Positions 27,727 through 37,408 of a stretch of 64,000 nucleotides of DNA are shown in pieces. The notes beneath the pieces are model-generated. The model worked only from the letters and a program-made list of their open reading frames with translations, had not been told where the DNA came from and made no database searches. Every line of letters begins with the position of its first letter. The stretch's first letter is position 1. Source of the stretch: Alphaproteobacteria bacterium (GTDB taxonomy: Bacteria; Pseudomonadota; Alphaproteobacteria; RF32; CAG-239); contig JAZLEQ010000018.1 in the NCBI GenBank assembly GCA_045615365.1, positions 14,350 to 78,349 on the forward strand, read 5' to 3'. A program made the translations under genes and the position numbers.

Positions 27727-28368
27727 ATGAGACATTATTTAATTGTTTTTGGCCCTCCCGCAAGTGGCAAGGGTTACCTCTGTGAAAAGATAATCAGAGG
27801 ACTAGAAAAAAATAATCTCTCTTCTACATACATCTCCACCGGAGATTTAATAAGAGAAGAGATTAAAGCTCAAACAGAGCTGGGCAAACAAATTGAACAA
27901 ATCGTTCAGTCCGGCAAACTGGTTTCTGACGAAATCGTTGGAAAACTTTTAGAAAAAGCTCTAACTACATCTGCAGAAGTCGTAATCATCGACGGCTATC
28001 CGAGAACAGAACCTCAAATGAATCACCTGTTCTCTCTCATCAAAGATGATTCTAGCCGCAAGATTGCCATCTACCGTAACACACCGCTCAACATAATTAA
28101 AGAGCGCATTGCCAAAAGACGTGTTTGCGGTAATTGCAAAACAACTCATTCTACAGATGATGGTGATTGCTGTCCGAAATGCGGTGGTCCGTCATTGGTT
28201 CGTAAAGACGACAACATGGAAACATTAGAAACGCGTCTTTCCGAATTTGAAAAGAACACCAAACCTTTGTGGAAGTATTTGTATTATGCCTGCTACGAAG
28301 CTTTGGAATTCGACGGTTCTAAAGAAGCAGAAGAATGTGTGGACTACATAATGAAACACATTTTCTAG
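27727..28368 (+). CDS. adk: Adenylate kinase (zinc-lid type)
   Basis: P-loop GPPASGKG and lid Cys4 CGNCKTTH...CCPKCGG. 213 aa. Confidence 0.88.
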   Translation: MRHYLIVFGPPASGKGYLCEKIIRGLEKNNLSSTYISTGDLIREEIKAQTELGKQIEQIVQSGKLVSDEIVGKLLEKALTTSAEVVIIDGYPRTEPQMNHLFSLIKDDSSRKIAIYRNTPLNIIKERIAKRRVCGNCKTTHSTDDGDCCPKCGGPSLVRKDDNMETLETRLSEFEKNTKPLWKYLYYACYEALEFDGSKEAEECVDYIMKHIF

Positions 28369-28383
28369 CCTTTTTCCCTTCAA

Positions 28384-28420
28384 AAAAAGTGTCTGACTTT
28401 CAACAAGTCAGACACTTTTT
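28384..28420. terminator. Bidirectional terminator between adk and DHH gene
   Basis: 16-bp perfect stem AAAAAGTGTCTGACTT / AAGTCAGACACTTTTT with a 5-nt loop. Confidence 0.7.
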
Positions 28421-29269
28421 TTATTTTTGTAAAAATTCAGGCAGTTCTTTTAACCCCGAAGCACCGGCCGCTTTCTTATGCCCGCCGCCCCCGAATTCTG
28501 CCGCAATCTTCGAAACATCAACATCTTCTTTTGTGGTATAAAACGATAAATTCCACATATTTTTACCGTTCATAAAAAAATTACACATAAAATCATATGT
28601 TTTAATATTTTTTACACCATCATAAAATTCTGAATAACCTTGCGGCATATTTGCACAAATACACCTATACTTTTTATATTTGCTTTCAAAAGACATCGCC
28701 TTACACAAACGATGATTCCTGTTTTTGATATAAGACAAAATAGCTTCTCCCTTAGCCACCATTTCATCAATATTTATTTTACCTGAAAGCAAATCTTTCC
28801 AGTTTTTATCCTCCGGTTTATTAACTCCCAATGACTGAAAAGCATATTCAAACGGTCTGACCCTCTTATCGCGTAAATCAAACAGATCGTTCAAAGCCAA
28901 AAGTTTAACACCTTCCGGAGCCGGAACATCTGGATTATAATATTCCCAAGTAAGCATAATTGCAGCTGTTCCATTTCTGCGTAATCCTTTAATCTCTTTC
29001 GCGCCGTTTCTAATTCTTTTTTCATATTCTTCAATCATACTAGCGTGATGATCAATCCATGTTAAATCTTTTGTTTCATTCAATTCAAACATCTTATCCA
29101 TAGGTAAAGAGATGTCGCAAATTACAATTTCATCATGTTTTTCAATCTCGTCATAAGGAATTGCCATATCATGATTAAGCCCGAAAAACTCCACATTTTT
29201 AAACTTACTGCCAACGATAGCTGCCGAACCTTTACCATCATGATCAGCCAAATGATATATACAAAGCAT
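28421..29269 (-). CDS. DHH/DHHA1-family phosphoesterase (short form)
   Basis: Motifs HLADHDG, ICDISLP, WIDHHAS and DHHA1 GGGGHKKAAGA. 282 aa. Confidence 0.7.
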   Translation of the reverse strand: MLCIYHLADHDGKGSAAIVGSKFKNVEFFGLNHDMAIPYDEIEKHDEIVICDISLPMDKMFELNETKDLTWIDHHASMIEEYEKRIRNGAKEIKGLRRNGTAAIMLTWEYYNPDVPAPEGVKLLALNDLFDLRDKRVRPFEYAFQSLGVNKPEDKNWKDLLSGKINIDEMVAKGEAILSYIKNRNHRLCKAMSFESKYKKYRCICANMPQGYSEFYDGVKNIKTYDFMCNFFMNGKNMWNLSFYTTKEDVDVSKIAAEFGGGGHKKAAGASGLKELPEFLQK

Positions 29270-29273
29270 TAAC

Positions 29274-30059
29274 TTACCACTCCACCACTAAATTATCATA
29301 AGCCGGTTTCACATAATCCGGCGTTTTATTATTTACATTATCATAATCACATTCCGTTGCCATATGGTTAAAAACCACTCTTTCCGGACAGATTTTTTTC
29401 ACATATTCCATTGCTTCATCCAATCCCACATGGTGTTTATGCCAATCTAAGATTGTCAACGGCATAACTAAGAGCTTTGGCTTAATTTTTAATATTCGCT
29501 CCATTGCTGAAGCAGACATTTCCTTAAAATCGCTTATATGAACAATCTCATCATTAATAATGTAACCGCAAGACGAGATATTATGCCCCAACAATTTAAG
29601 CGGCATAATTTTCACTCCATTAATATAAAATTCTTTATTTACTTTAATTTCATGTGGCACTAAACCGCCTCTAAACATATAAAATTCCGGTTCGTTTTTC
29701 TTAACGACCATATATGCATATCGCCTTTTAATTTCATTCATCGTTGTTTTTGTTGCATAAATTGGCAACACTTCACAAGTTCTGCGATTAATCTCCCGCA
29801 ACTCATCAATTCCGCTCACATGATCAAAATGAGCATGTGTATACAAAACAGCATCAATATCAAAAAGCTTATTATCCAATAACTGAGCGCGTAAATCCGG
29901 CGATGTATCAACCAAAATTTTCAATCCGTTAACTTCATAATATGTTGAAGTTCTTCGTCTGACATTCTTGGGATTATTCGGATTACAATCTCCCCATCCC
30001 ATACTTATCGACGGCACCCCCGGCGATGCACCTGCTCCCAAAAAAATAGCCTTACTCAT
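29274..30059 (-). CDS. MBL-fold metallo-hydrolase
   Basis: HxHxDH motif (YTHAHFDHVSG). 261 aa. Start overlaps the tatD stop (ATGA). Confidence 0.75.
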   Translation of the reverse strand: MSKAIFLGAGASPGVPSISMGWGDCNPNNPKNVRRRTSTYYEVNGLKILVDTSPDLRAQLLDNKLFDIDAVLYTHAHFDHVSGIDELREINRRTCEVLPIYATKTTMNEIKRRYAYMVVKKNEPEFYMFRGGLVPHEIKVNKEFYINGVKIMPLKLLGHNISSCGYIINDEIVHISDFKEMSASAMERILKIKPKLLVMPLTILDWHKHHVGLDEAMEYVKKICPERVVFNHMATECDYDNVNNKTPDYVKPAYDNLVVEW

Positions 30060-30814
30060 ATTTTAAACAACTCCAAAAAATTTTTCGTTGTAATTTTCGC
30101 CAAATCTTCAAAACTCACGTTTTTTATTTCTGCCAATTTTTGCGCTGTAAAAACCACATTTGCCGGCTCATTAACTTTCCCCCTTTTCGGAACCGGAGCC
30201 AAATATGGAGAATCTGTTTCCACCAACAACCTTTCAAGAGGAATTTTTGCAAAATTATCCCTTATCTCTTGCGAACTGTTAAACGTAATAATCCCCGATG
30301 CCGAAATATAAAACCCCAACTCTAAAGCCTTTTCCGCCAATTCCCATGATGAAGAATAGCAATGAACAACAGCCTTAAACTCTTTCTTTTCAAAACTCTC
30401 ACTCAAAATATGTATCATATCTTCATCAGAATTTCTGTTATGAATAATCAATGGTTTTCCGGTTATTTGCGCAGCTTCAATATTTTTCTTAAAAACTTCA
30501 ATCTGTAAATTTTTCGGAGCAAAATCATAAAAATAATCCAAACCGGTCTCACCGATGGCAATTACTTTTTCATGTTCTGCCGCCTTCAAAATATCACTGA
30601 CACTCATCTCCTCATATTCTTTTGCCTGATGCGGATGAACACCGGCTGCCGTCCACACATTTTCAAACCTGCTACATATATCCAAATGATTTTCAATCTC
30701 ATCAATACCGCCACCGGCATCCAGTATAAACCCAACTCCTGCTTCTTTGGCCCGTTCAATAATTTCATAAATTTTTTCATTATTTTCCAAATGACAATGG
30801 CTATCGGCTAACAT
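30056..30814 (-). CDS. tatD: TatD-family metal-dependent hydrolase
   Basis: MLADSHCHL N-terminus and later metal ligands (GETGLDY, HCYS, ETDSPY). Start re-called to ATG 30814 (AAGGA upstream). The track start at 30850 would overlap holB. Confidence 0.88.
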   Translation of the reverse strand: MLADSHCHLENNEKIYEIIERAKEAGVGFILDAGGGIDEIENHLDICSRFENVWTAAGVHPHQAKEYEEMSVSDILKAAEHEKVIAIGETGLDYFYDFAPKNLQIEVFKKNIEAAQITGKPLIIHNRNSDEDMIHILSESFEKKEFKAVVHCYSSSWELAEKALELGFYISASGIITFNSSQEIRDNFAKIPLERLLVETDSPYLAPVPKRGKVNEPANVVFTAQKLAEIKNVSFEDLAKITTKNFLELFKI

Positions 30815-30827
30815 CAACTGAAATCCT

Positions 30828-31877
30828 TTAATATTCATTGCATATATCATTCATAATAATCATAACCGCTTGCTTTTTATCCAAATTAAGCTTTTCGGTT
30901 TCATTAAAAATTTTAACGGTATTGCTAAACAACTTTGCTGTTTCTTCAATTTTATTTCCCGACTTGATTTGCTCATTTAAAAATTTCAAAATTAACTCTT
31001 TAAATAGCATATAACTTTCTTCAGCTTCAACAACTTCATCACAAAAATCAAGCATCTCACCTATTTTAAATTTTTTTCCGCTTGTTGCCAAAGCATATAT
31101 TTCTTCATAAAATTCTATAGCATTTTCATCAGCATAAACTATGGCTTTTCCGATACTTCCACCGGCAATTGCTGCAATTTTTTTAACCTTGTCTTCTTTC
31201 AATTCCGGACGATATCTTCTAAGCAAACTTGCCACCACATTATCTTCCAAAGGTCTGATAGCCAATTTTGCGCAACGCGACTTAATCGTAGGCAACAATG
31301 TAGTCGGATTATGTGAAATCAACAATAATATACTTTTGTGCGGTGGTTCTTCTAAAATTTTCAAAATAGCATTTGCAGAATTATGGTTCATTTCATCAGC
31401 ACAATCAACAATAACAACTCGCCATCTTCCGTCTGCAGACTTTTTAGCTAAAAAATCATTAATAGTTCTCACATCTTCCACCGAAATAACACTGGATTTT
31501 TTTAATGTTTTCAACTCATCATCAGTCATATAATTTCCGACCTTAACAGCCTTTTCAATCTTTTGTCTTTCGGTTTTGATAAACCCTCTTTCAACAATTT
31601 TAAAATCAGGATGAGCCCCCGAAGCAATTTGCTTAAATACCGGATTATCCGAAGAAACATCCAAAGACACATAACTGTCTTTCCTGTTTTCGTCGGCACT
31701 AAGCAGAAATCTGGCAATTCTATATGCAAATGTTGTTTTTCCAATTCCTTTTTCACCCGATATCAACCACGATTGATGCAATGCATTATTTTTCCATGCA
31801 TCCAAAATTATTTTTTCGGCACTTTCAAATCCCGTCAAATAATAATTATCTTTAGGTTCAAAAGAATTTTCACTCAT
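30828..31877 (-). CDS. holB: DNA polymerase III delta-prime subunit
   Basis: AAA+-like GEKGIGKTT P-loop and SRC motif (PTIKSRC). 349 aa. Sits between tmk and tatD. Confidence 0.85.
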   Translation of the reverse strand: MSENSFEPKDNYYLTGFESAEKIILDAWKNNALHQSWLISGEKGIGKTTFAYRIARFLLSADENRKDSYVSLDVSSDNPVFKQIASGAHPDFKIVERGFIKTERQKIEKAVKVGNYMTDDELKTLKKSSVISVEDVRTINDFLAKKSADGRWRVVIVDCADEMNHNSANAILKILEEPPHKSILLLISHNPTTLLPTIKSRCAKLAIRPLEDNVVASLLRRYRPELKEDKVKKIAAIAGGSIGKAIVYADENAIEFYEEIYALATSGKKFKIGEMLDFCDEVVEAEESYMLFKELILKFLNEQIKSGNKIEETAKLFSNTVKIFNETEKLNLDKKQAVMIIMNDICNEY

Positions 31878-31879
31878 TT

Positions 31880-32527
31880 TTACAACCCAAACCTTTTCTC
31901 AATCACCCTAACAATATCCGAATGCAATTCTTCCGGTGTCTTATCAGCATCCAACACCACACACCTTTCCGGTTCAGATTTTGCAATTTCCAAAAATCCG
32001 CGGCGTAAATTTTCATGAAACTTCATATCCATTGTTTCAAAGCGCAGTTCTTTAACATCCATTCCTTTTGCCTTATCAAACGATCTTGTAAGTCCGATTT
32101 TAGGATCAATATCCAAAATAATTGTCAAATCAGGCTTAAAATTACCGACGGCGATTTCATAAAGATTTTCCAAAACTTCTTTTTTAACTTTTTTATTATA
32201 GCCGTAATATTGATAAGCAACCGTTGAATCGGCAAATCTGTCTCCCAAAACAATTGTTCCGTTTTTCATTGCCGGCCAAACTTTTTGAGTAAGGTGAATA
32301 TGCCTATCTGCAAAATAAAGCAAAGTTTCTGCTGTTGCATCAATTTTATCTTTATCTCCGCAAACCAAAATTTTCCTAATTTCCAATCCGACTTCTGTTC
32401 CTCCGGGTTCTTTGGTGATGATAACATCTTCATTTTTTGCTTTAAGATAATCATACAACATTTTGATTTGCGTTGATTTTCCAGCTCCCTCGCCACCTTC
32501 AAATGTAATAAATTTACCATTCATCAT
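31880..32527 (-). CDS. tmk: Thymidylate kinase
   Basis: FITFEGGEGAGKST P-loop with DRF/DRY-like motif. Start re-called to ATG 32527, one nt after the dacC-like stop. Confidence 0.92.
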   Translation of the reverse strand: MMNGKFITFEGGEGAGKSTQIKMLYDYLKAKNEDVIITKEPGGTEVGLEIRKILVCGDKDKIDATAETLLYFADRHIHLTQKVWPAMKNGTIVLGDRFADSTVAYQYYGYNKKVKKEVLENLYEIAVGNFKPDLTIILDIDPKIGLTRSFDKAKGMDVKELRFETMDMKFHENLRRGFLEIAKSEPERCVVLDADKTPEELHSDIVRVIEKRFGL

Positions 32528-32528
32528 A

Positions 32529-33677
32529 TCACTTTTTTCCCGAAACCAAATATTTTGTATTGGCAACAATCTTACCCCAAAAACCTACTTTATTTATGGT
32601 TTGTCCGGCGGTAAGAGGAACCTCCATTATTTCTTTTTCCGGAATTTCAATTTTTAAAACCCCGAGCTTTTGTCCTAATTCTACAGGAGCTTTAATCGGT
32701 TTATCATAACTCGCAATCATTCTTACCTTATTACGATCACTTTTTCTTATTGTTTTAACCACATCCTCACTCAAAACCATCGGAACGGTTTTTCCAACAC
32801 CATACAAAACAGGAATATCGGCAATTTTATCCCCTTTATTTTTCAATTTATAGTTATCATATTCCCTAAAACCCCATGACATCATTTTATCAGCTTCTTC
32901 CGAACGCTCTTTGTTTGAGGAAAGTCCGGTCATAACTCCGATTAACCTTCTGTCACCTTTTTTAGCAGAAGCAGTCAAGCAGAAACCGGCTTCTTCAGTA
33001 TGTCCGGTTTTAAGTCCGTCTGCATAATTCATTGAATAAAGAAGCGGATTTCTGTTTCCTTGTCTTATGTTGTTATAAACAAATTCTTTTTGCGAAAACA
33101 AATGATAAAATTGCGGAAACTCATCAATAATTCTTCTGGCGAGCTTAGCCAAATCCTCCACCGACATCTTATGATCGGGATGAGGCAAGCCCGTAACATT
33201 GGAGAAATTTGAATTATTAAGCCCGATTTCTTTAGCTTTTTCATTCATTTTTTCCACAAATGAATCCTCATCGCCGGCAATATTTTCGGCCACTACAATA
33301 CAAGCATCATTTCCCGATTGAATAATGATTCCTTTTAAGAGTTCCTCAACCCTAACCTCGTCTTTAATTGCCAAAAACATTGTAGAACCGCCACTGGCAG
33401 CACCACCTTTACGCCACGCATTTTCGCTCACTTTAAATGTATCGTCCAAAGACAACGAACCTTCTCTCAACTTATCAAAAACCATATAAACGGTCATCAA
33501 CTTACTCATTGACGCAGGCGGAATCGGTTCGGTTATATCTTTTTCATATATATATTCACCGGTTGTATAATCCATCAAAATCATATTTTTTGCTTTTGTA
33601 TCAATTGCCGACACATTTGCAGATGTAATCAAAGCAACTAATCCCACACTGACAGACAACACATTTTTTAAATTCAT
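32529..33677 (-). CDS. dacC: D-alanyl-D-alanine carboxypeptidase (PBP5/6 class)
   Basis: Signal peptide plus SxxK (SMSKLMT), SxN (SGND) and KTG (KTGHT) motifs. Confidence 0.88.
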   Translation of the reverse strand: MNLKNVLSVSVGLVALITSANVSAIDTKAKNMILMDYTTGEYIYEKDITEPIPPASMSKLMTVYMVFDKLREGSLSLDDTFKVSENAWRKGGAASGGSTMFLAIKDEVRVEELLKGIIIQSGNDACIVVAENIAGDEDSFVEKMNEKAKEIGLNNSNFSNVTGLPHPDHKMSVEDLAKLARRIIDEFPQFYHLFSQKEFVYNNIRQGNRNPLLYSMNYADGLKTGHTEEAGFCLTASAKKGDRRLIGVMTGLSSNKERSEEADKMMSWGFREYDNYKLKNKGDKIADIPVLYGVGKTVPMVLSEDVVKTIRKSDRNKVRMIASYDKPIKAPVELGQKLGVLKIEIPEKEIMEVPLTAGQTINKVGFWGKIVANTKYLVSGKK

Positions 33678-33710
33678 TTTACACCTTCTTTTTTTTCATT
33701 AAACAACTAA

Positions 33711-34544
33711 CTATTCACTGACTACCTTTGCATCATAAACACCTTTATGTCGCATTTCGGTCAACACCACCTGAGCTTCACGTTCATCATTATAAGGACC
33801 AACCCTTACCCGATAATAATTTTGCCCATCAATTTTAACAGCATAGATATTGGTTTCAACGTTCACTTGTTCTGCCAATCTTTGTGCTCCGCTTTCTGAA
33901 GAAAACGAACCTAACTGCACATAAAATCCCTCTTCCGCAACCGCATAGTTTTTCACTTCATTTTTCACTTCACCTTCAACTTCTTTTATAATCGGCTGAA
34001 CGGGAGCTGCCTCAAGCATATAACAATCTTCACCCGTTAATGCTGCTTTTAGAGCTCGACTTTCTTTTTCCATAACCTCAACTCTAACCTTTGTTGTTCC
34101 TTGAGTTTGAAACCCCAAAAGCTGTGATGCTCGTTTTGAAACATCAATAATTCTGTTTTTGGCGTATGGACCTCTGTCATTAACTCTTAAAACCAAAGAA
34201 CGACCATTTTCTAAATTTGTAACCTTAACAATACTGGGTAACGGTAAAGTTCTGTGAGCAGCAGTTAAAGAATTCATATCATATTTTTCGCCGTTTGCAG
34301 TTTTTTTTGCATGAAAATCTTTTCCATACCACGATGCCGTCCCCACTTCCGAATAGCTGTAGTCTTCTTTGGGATAATACCATTTACCCATGATTTTATA
34401 CGGATTACCCACCTTATACACTCCACCCTGACCGGTAATTGCGGCAACTTGCGAATATTTTCCGTTACCCAAATCAACACTTCCGTATGCACAAGCACCC
34501 AAAAGCAACAAACCCAACAAAGAAAAACACCTAATATTAATCAT
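33711..34544 (-). CDS. rlpA: Septal ring lytic transglycosylase RlpA family protein with SPOR domain
   Basis: Lipoprotein-type signal (LLLLGAC). DPBB domain (GTASWYGKDFHAKKTANGEKYD...LRVNDRGPY). C-terminal SPOR-like repeat (FYVQLGSF...YRVRVGPY). Confidence 0.85.
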   Translation of the reverse strand: MINIRCFSLLGLLLLGACAYGSVDLGNGKYSQVAAITGQGGVYKVGNPYKIMGKWYYPKEDYSYSEVGTASWYGKDFHAKKTANGEKYDMNSLTAAHRTLPLPSIVKVTNLENGRSLVLRVNDRGPYAKNRIIDVSKRASQLLGFQTQGTTKVRVEVMEKESRALKAALTGEDCYMLEAAPVQPIIKEVEGEVKNEVKNYAVAEEGFYVQLGSFSSESGAQRLAEQVNVETNIYAVKIDGQNYYRVRVGPYNDEREAQVVLTEMRHKGVYDAKVVSE

Positions 34545-34616
34545 TCTCGTCCGATACTAAAAAAAAGCTTACAAACCTTGCTTAGTTTATAAGCTTTTTT
34601 ATCTAAGGTAAAGTGA

Positions 34617-35897
34617 TTATTTCACCTTGTGTAATTTTCTTTCAGGCACTGGAATTGCAAACCCTATCCTATTGTCATAATTATCAATTTTTCGCATAAG
34701 CTGATAATCCGGATATCCGTCTTGCGGCAAACCTGCTTTTTTTTGCACGGTCTTAATTGCTTCTCGAGTCTTACTCCCCAATTGTCCGTCTTCTTCCAAT
34801 TCGAACCATCCCAATTTATTAATAAAGCTTTGAATTTTCAACACATCATCAGTTTTAACTCTTTGCGCTGATGCATTCGAAATTTTCTTCCATTTTTGTT
34901 TGGTTTTAACATAATCGGCTAAAATACCGACAGCCAATGCATAATTTTCCGACCTGTTCCAATGCATAATCTTATAAAAATTATCTGTAATCAAATAAGC
35001 TTTGCCTTTTTTTCCTTCCGGCACAATAATCGAAACCTGCAATTCATCAGCCAAACGAATATTTTTGTTTTTTGCGCTTCTAATTCCCATTTTTTTCCAT
35101 TGTTTAACGGCTTTAGGTTTGTTTCTGCCGGCCAAAGAATAATCAAAATTCCACGGCAAGCTCACTTCCATTCCCCAAGGAATATCTTTTTTCCAACCTA
35201 TCGTTGTCAAATAATTTGCTGCTGAAGCTGCCGCATCTTCAAAACAATTCCATATATCAATTTGTTTATCATCGTTAAAATCAACTGCATAAGTATTAAA
35301 AGTTGACGGCATAAACTGAAAATGCCCCATTGCACCGGCCCATGAACCTTGCATTTTTCTAAAATCCACATTCCAAGTATCAACAATTTTCAAAGCCTGA
35401 TATAATTCATTTCTGAAAAATTTGGCTCTTCTTTTATCATAACTCATCTCAGTCAGAGCATCAATCACATTATGACCGCCGAAATGTTCGCCGAAATTTG
35501 TTTCAATTCCCCAAAATGCCACAATATATTCAGCCGGCAACGCATATTTTGCCGTCACTTTTTGCAGTATAACTTGTATTTCATCATATTTTGCTTGAGC
35601 TTTTTCTGTTCTTTTTTGATTAACAACTCTGTTTATGTAATCATTAGATGTTAGCACAAATTCCAGTTGTTTTCTGTCTTTTTTAACCGCTTCCGGTGTC
35701 GGATGATAATAATCAACGGCATAAACCTCGTCTACTGTTTTTTGCGAGATTCCCCTTTCTACCATTTCTTTTTTCAGCTCTTCAAGCCAATCCAAATATT
35801 CCTTTGGCGCAACCGACGCCACATTGGCTGAAGCACAAGCCATTGTTCCCCATAACGCAAACAAAGAAACCGCCAAAAATTTTCTTGAAGATATCAT
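34617..35897 (-). CDS. Lytic murein transglycosylase (MltB/SLT_2-like) with C-terminal peptidoglycan-binding domain
   Basis: GIETNFG and GSWAGAMGHFQFMPSTF motifs. C-terminal PG_binding_1-like segment (LGWF...DGQLGSKTREAIKTVQKKAGLPQDGYP). Confidence 0.8.
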   Translation of the reverse strand: MISSRKFLAVSLFALWGTMACASANVASVAPKEYLDWLEELKKEMVERGISQKTVDEVYAVDYYHPTPEAVKKDRKQLEFVLTSNDYINRVVNQKRTEKAQAKYDEIQVILQKVTAKYALPAEYIVAFWGIETNFGEHFGGHNVIDALTEMSYDKRRAKFFRNELYQALKIVDTWNVDFRKMQGSWAGAMGHFQFMPSTFNTYAVDFNDDKQIDIWNCFEDAAASAANYLTTIGWKKDIPWGMEVSLPWNFDYSLAGRNKPKAVKQWKKMGIRSAKNKNIRLADELQVSIIVPEGKKGKAYLITDNFYKIMHWNRSENYALAVGILADYVKTKQKWKKISNASAQRVKTDDVLKIQSFINKLGWFELEEDGQLGSKTREAIKTVQKKAGLPQDGYPDYQLMRKIDNYDNRIGFAIPVPERKLHKVK

Positions 35898-35967
35898 ACC
35901 GCTAAACCTTTCATCATATGGTTTAGCTATTATCTCATGGCGATAATTTAAAAATCTTTAATTTTAG

Positions 35968-35999
35968 CAAAAAAACAGCTTCATTTTTCAATGAAGCCG
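35968..35999 (-). terminator. Intrinsic terminator after the TM1266-like gene
   Basis: Minus strand GCUUCAUU-GAAA-AAUGAAGC followed by a U7 run. Confidence 0.6.
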
Positions 36000-36020
36000 T
36001 AAAAAAACAAAAACATTTAT

Positions 36021-36260
36021 TTAGGCATATAGTGTTTTTGCTTCAACACCATCCAAATCCCCTATTTTTTCAATGAGTTCATTTATAATTTTTTCGGAAG
36101 CATCAACCACAATGCTTATAATATAAAAATTTTTCTCTCTATATGGCAAACCCATACGTCCTATTATATTCTCGGAATATTCATGTAAAATTGAATTTAT
36201 ACAATCTGCTGATGTATGATCTTTAACTATAATCCCGACAATAGCAACCTTCTTTTCCAT
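36021..36260 (-). CDS. TM1266-like small ACT-fold protein (putative iron-only hydrogenase system regulator)
   Basis: MEKKVAIVGIIVKDHTSADCINSILHEYSENIIGRMGLPYREKNFYIISIVVDA... closely follows the pattern I recall for the TM1266 family (IAVIGIIV...LHEY...IIGRMGIPYREK...ISVVVDA). ATG 36260 has GGAGA upstream; the track start is TTG 36263. Confidence 0.65.
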   Translation of the reverse strand: MEKKVAIVGIIVKDHTSADCINSILHEYSENIIGRMGLPYREKNFYIISIVVDASEKIINELIEKIGDLDGVEAKTLYA

Positions 36261-36383
36261 CAACTTTCTCCTTTTTTATTCATGAAACAAACACTGACAA
36301 TATATTATTCATTGTTTTACAAAAAAACAAGAGGCATCATAAATTTTTCAATTCAAAATTATTTCTCAAAAAAATTCCGCATA

Positions 36384-36417
36384 CAAAAAAAACTTCCTTT
36401 TTTTCAAAAGGAAGTTC
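36384..36417 (-). terminator. Intrinsic terminator after tRNA-Ser
   Basis: Perfect 11-bp stem AACTTCCTTTT / AAAAGGAAGTT with a 4-nt loop, then a U-run on the minus strand. Confidence 0.6.
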
Positions 36418-36421
36418 TTAT

Positions 36422-36509
36422 TGGCGGAGCGTATAGGACTCGAACCTATGCATCGCTATTCACGATGACGGATTAGCAATCCGCTGCATTACCACTCTGC
36501 CAACGCTCC
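36422..36509 (-). tRNA. tRNA-Ser (anticodon GCU), CCA encoded
   Basis: Hand-folded cloverleaf: acceptor GGAGCGT/ACGCTCC, anticodon stem-loop GCGGA-TTGCTAA-TCCGT, long variable arm, T-loop GGTTCGAGTCC, 3' GCCA. Confidence 0.92.
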
Positions 36510-36572
36510 ATAATGAATGATACGGGCATATATTTAACTTATGTTTTCCCTTGCGTCAATAGTTTTTTTATT

Positions 36573-37352
36573 TTATTCGTGGAAAATAATGCTCAAATAT
36601 GTCATCAATATAAAACCGACAAAAATCGCCGCCGCCGATTTGCTGTTTTCTTTTTGGCCGTAGGTCTCCGGCAATATTTCATTTATCACCACAAAAAGCA
36701 TTGTTCCACCGGCCAAAGCCATCCCGTATGGCACAATATTAAAACTGATATTCATCAACCCCAACCCCATTACAGCTCCCAAAGGTTGCATAAAACCGAC
36801 TGCAAAAGCCATCATTGCGGCTCTTAATTTTGAATATCCGGCCCCGATTAAAGAAATTGCAATTGTTAACCCCTCCGGAATATTATGAATTGCAATTCCG
36901 ATAACCAATGACAAAGGATTAATTATACTTTCGGCACCATAAGCGACCCCTACAGCCAAACCTTCGGGAATTTTATGCAATGTGATCGCTATAATAAATA
37001 GCCACGCTTTTTTAGCACCTATCACCGGACCATGGTGCCCCATTGAATTATGTTCATGAGGTAAAACCAAATTTAGTAACCAAACTAACGAAACCCCGAC
37101 AAAAACAGCCGAAGCATATTTGAAAGCCCCGAGATAAACATCAACATCTTTTCCCACAATATCATTCATTGCCGGAACCAAAAGCGAAAAAAACGACACC
37201 GCCAACATAACTCCTGCCGCCAAATTTAGCAGAAAATTGATATCTGCCTTAAAATATCGTCTCTTAAAAAAAATACTCAATCCGCCTATTCCGGTAAGCA
37301 TACCGGCAATCAACGATGCCAAAAAACCTTGTATAAAAACCTGACTAAACAT
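36573..37352 (-). CDS. zupT: ZIP-family zinc/metal transporter
   Basis: 259 aa polytopic protein with paired HxIPEGLA motifs (LHKIPEGLAVG, IHNIPEGLTIA). Confidence 0.88.
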   Translation of the reverse strand: MFSQVFIQGFLASLIAGMLTGIGGLSIFFKRRYFKADINFLLNLAAGVMLAVSFFSLLVPAMNDIVGKDVDVYLGAFKYASAVFVGVSLVWLLNLVLPHEHNSMGHHGPVIGAKKAWLFIIAITLHKIPEGLAVGVAYGAESIINPLSLVIGIAIHNIPEGLTIAISLIGAGYSKLRAAMMAFAVGFMQPLGAVMGLGLMNISFNIVPYGMALAGGTMLFVVINEILPETYGQKENSKSAAAIFVGFILMTYLSIIFHE

Positions 37353-37408
37353 TTTTTAATCCCATTCAGTTTCAATCATCTTATAAAAACTGTTCTACAT
37401 TAATCGCC

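Noticed and set aside
31141-32018. 130-aa and 151-aa plus-strand ORFs
   Set aside because: They are antisense to holB and tmk and show no recognisable motifs.
36264-36572. Genomic-island or integration signature at tRNA-Ser, and likewise at tRNA-Leu (45616-45701)
   Set aside because: There is no integrase, no direct repeat of the tRNA 3' end, and the flanking genes are ordinary housekeeping genes.
36513-36827. 104-aa plus-strand ORF next to tRNA-Ser
   Set aside because: It is antisense to the ZIP transporter gene, which has paired HxIPEGLA motifs. It is a chance ORF.
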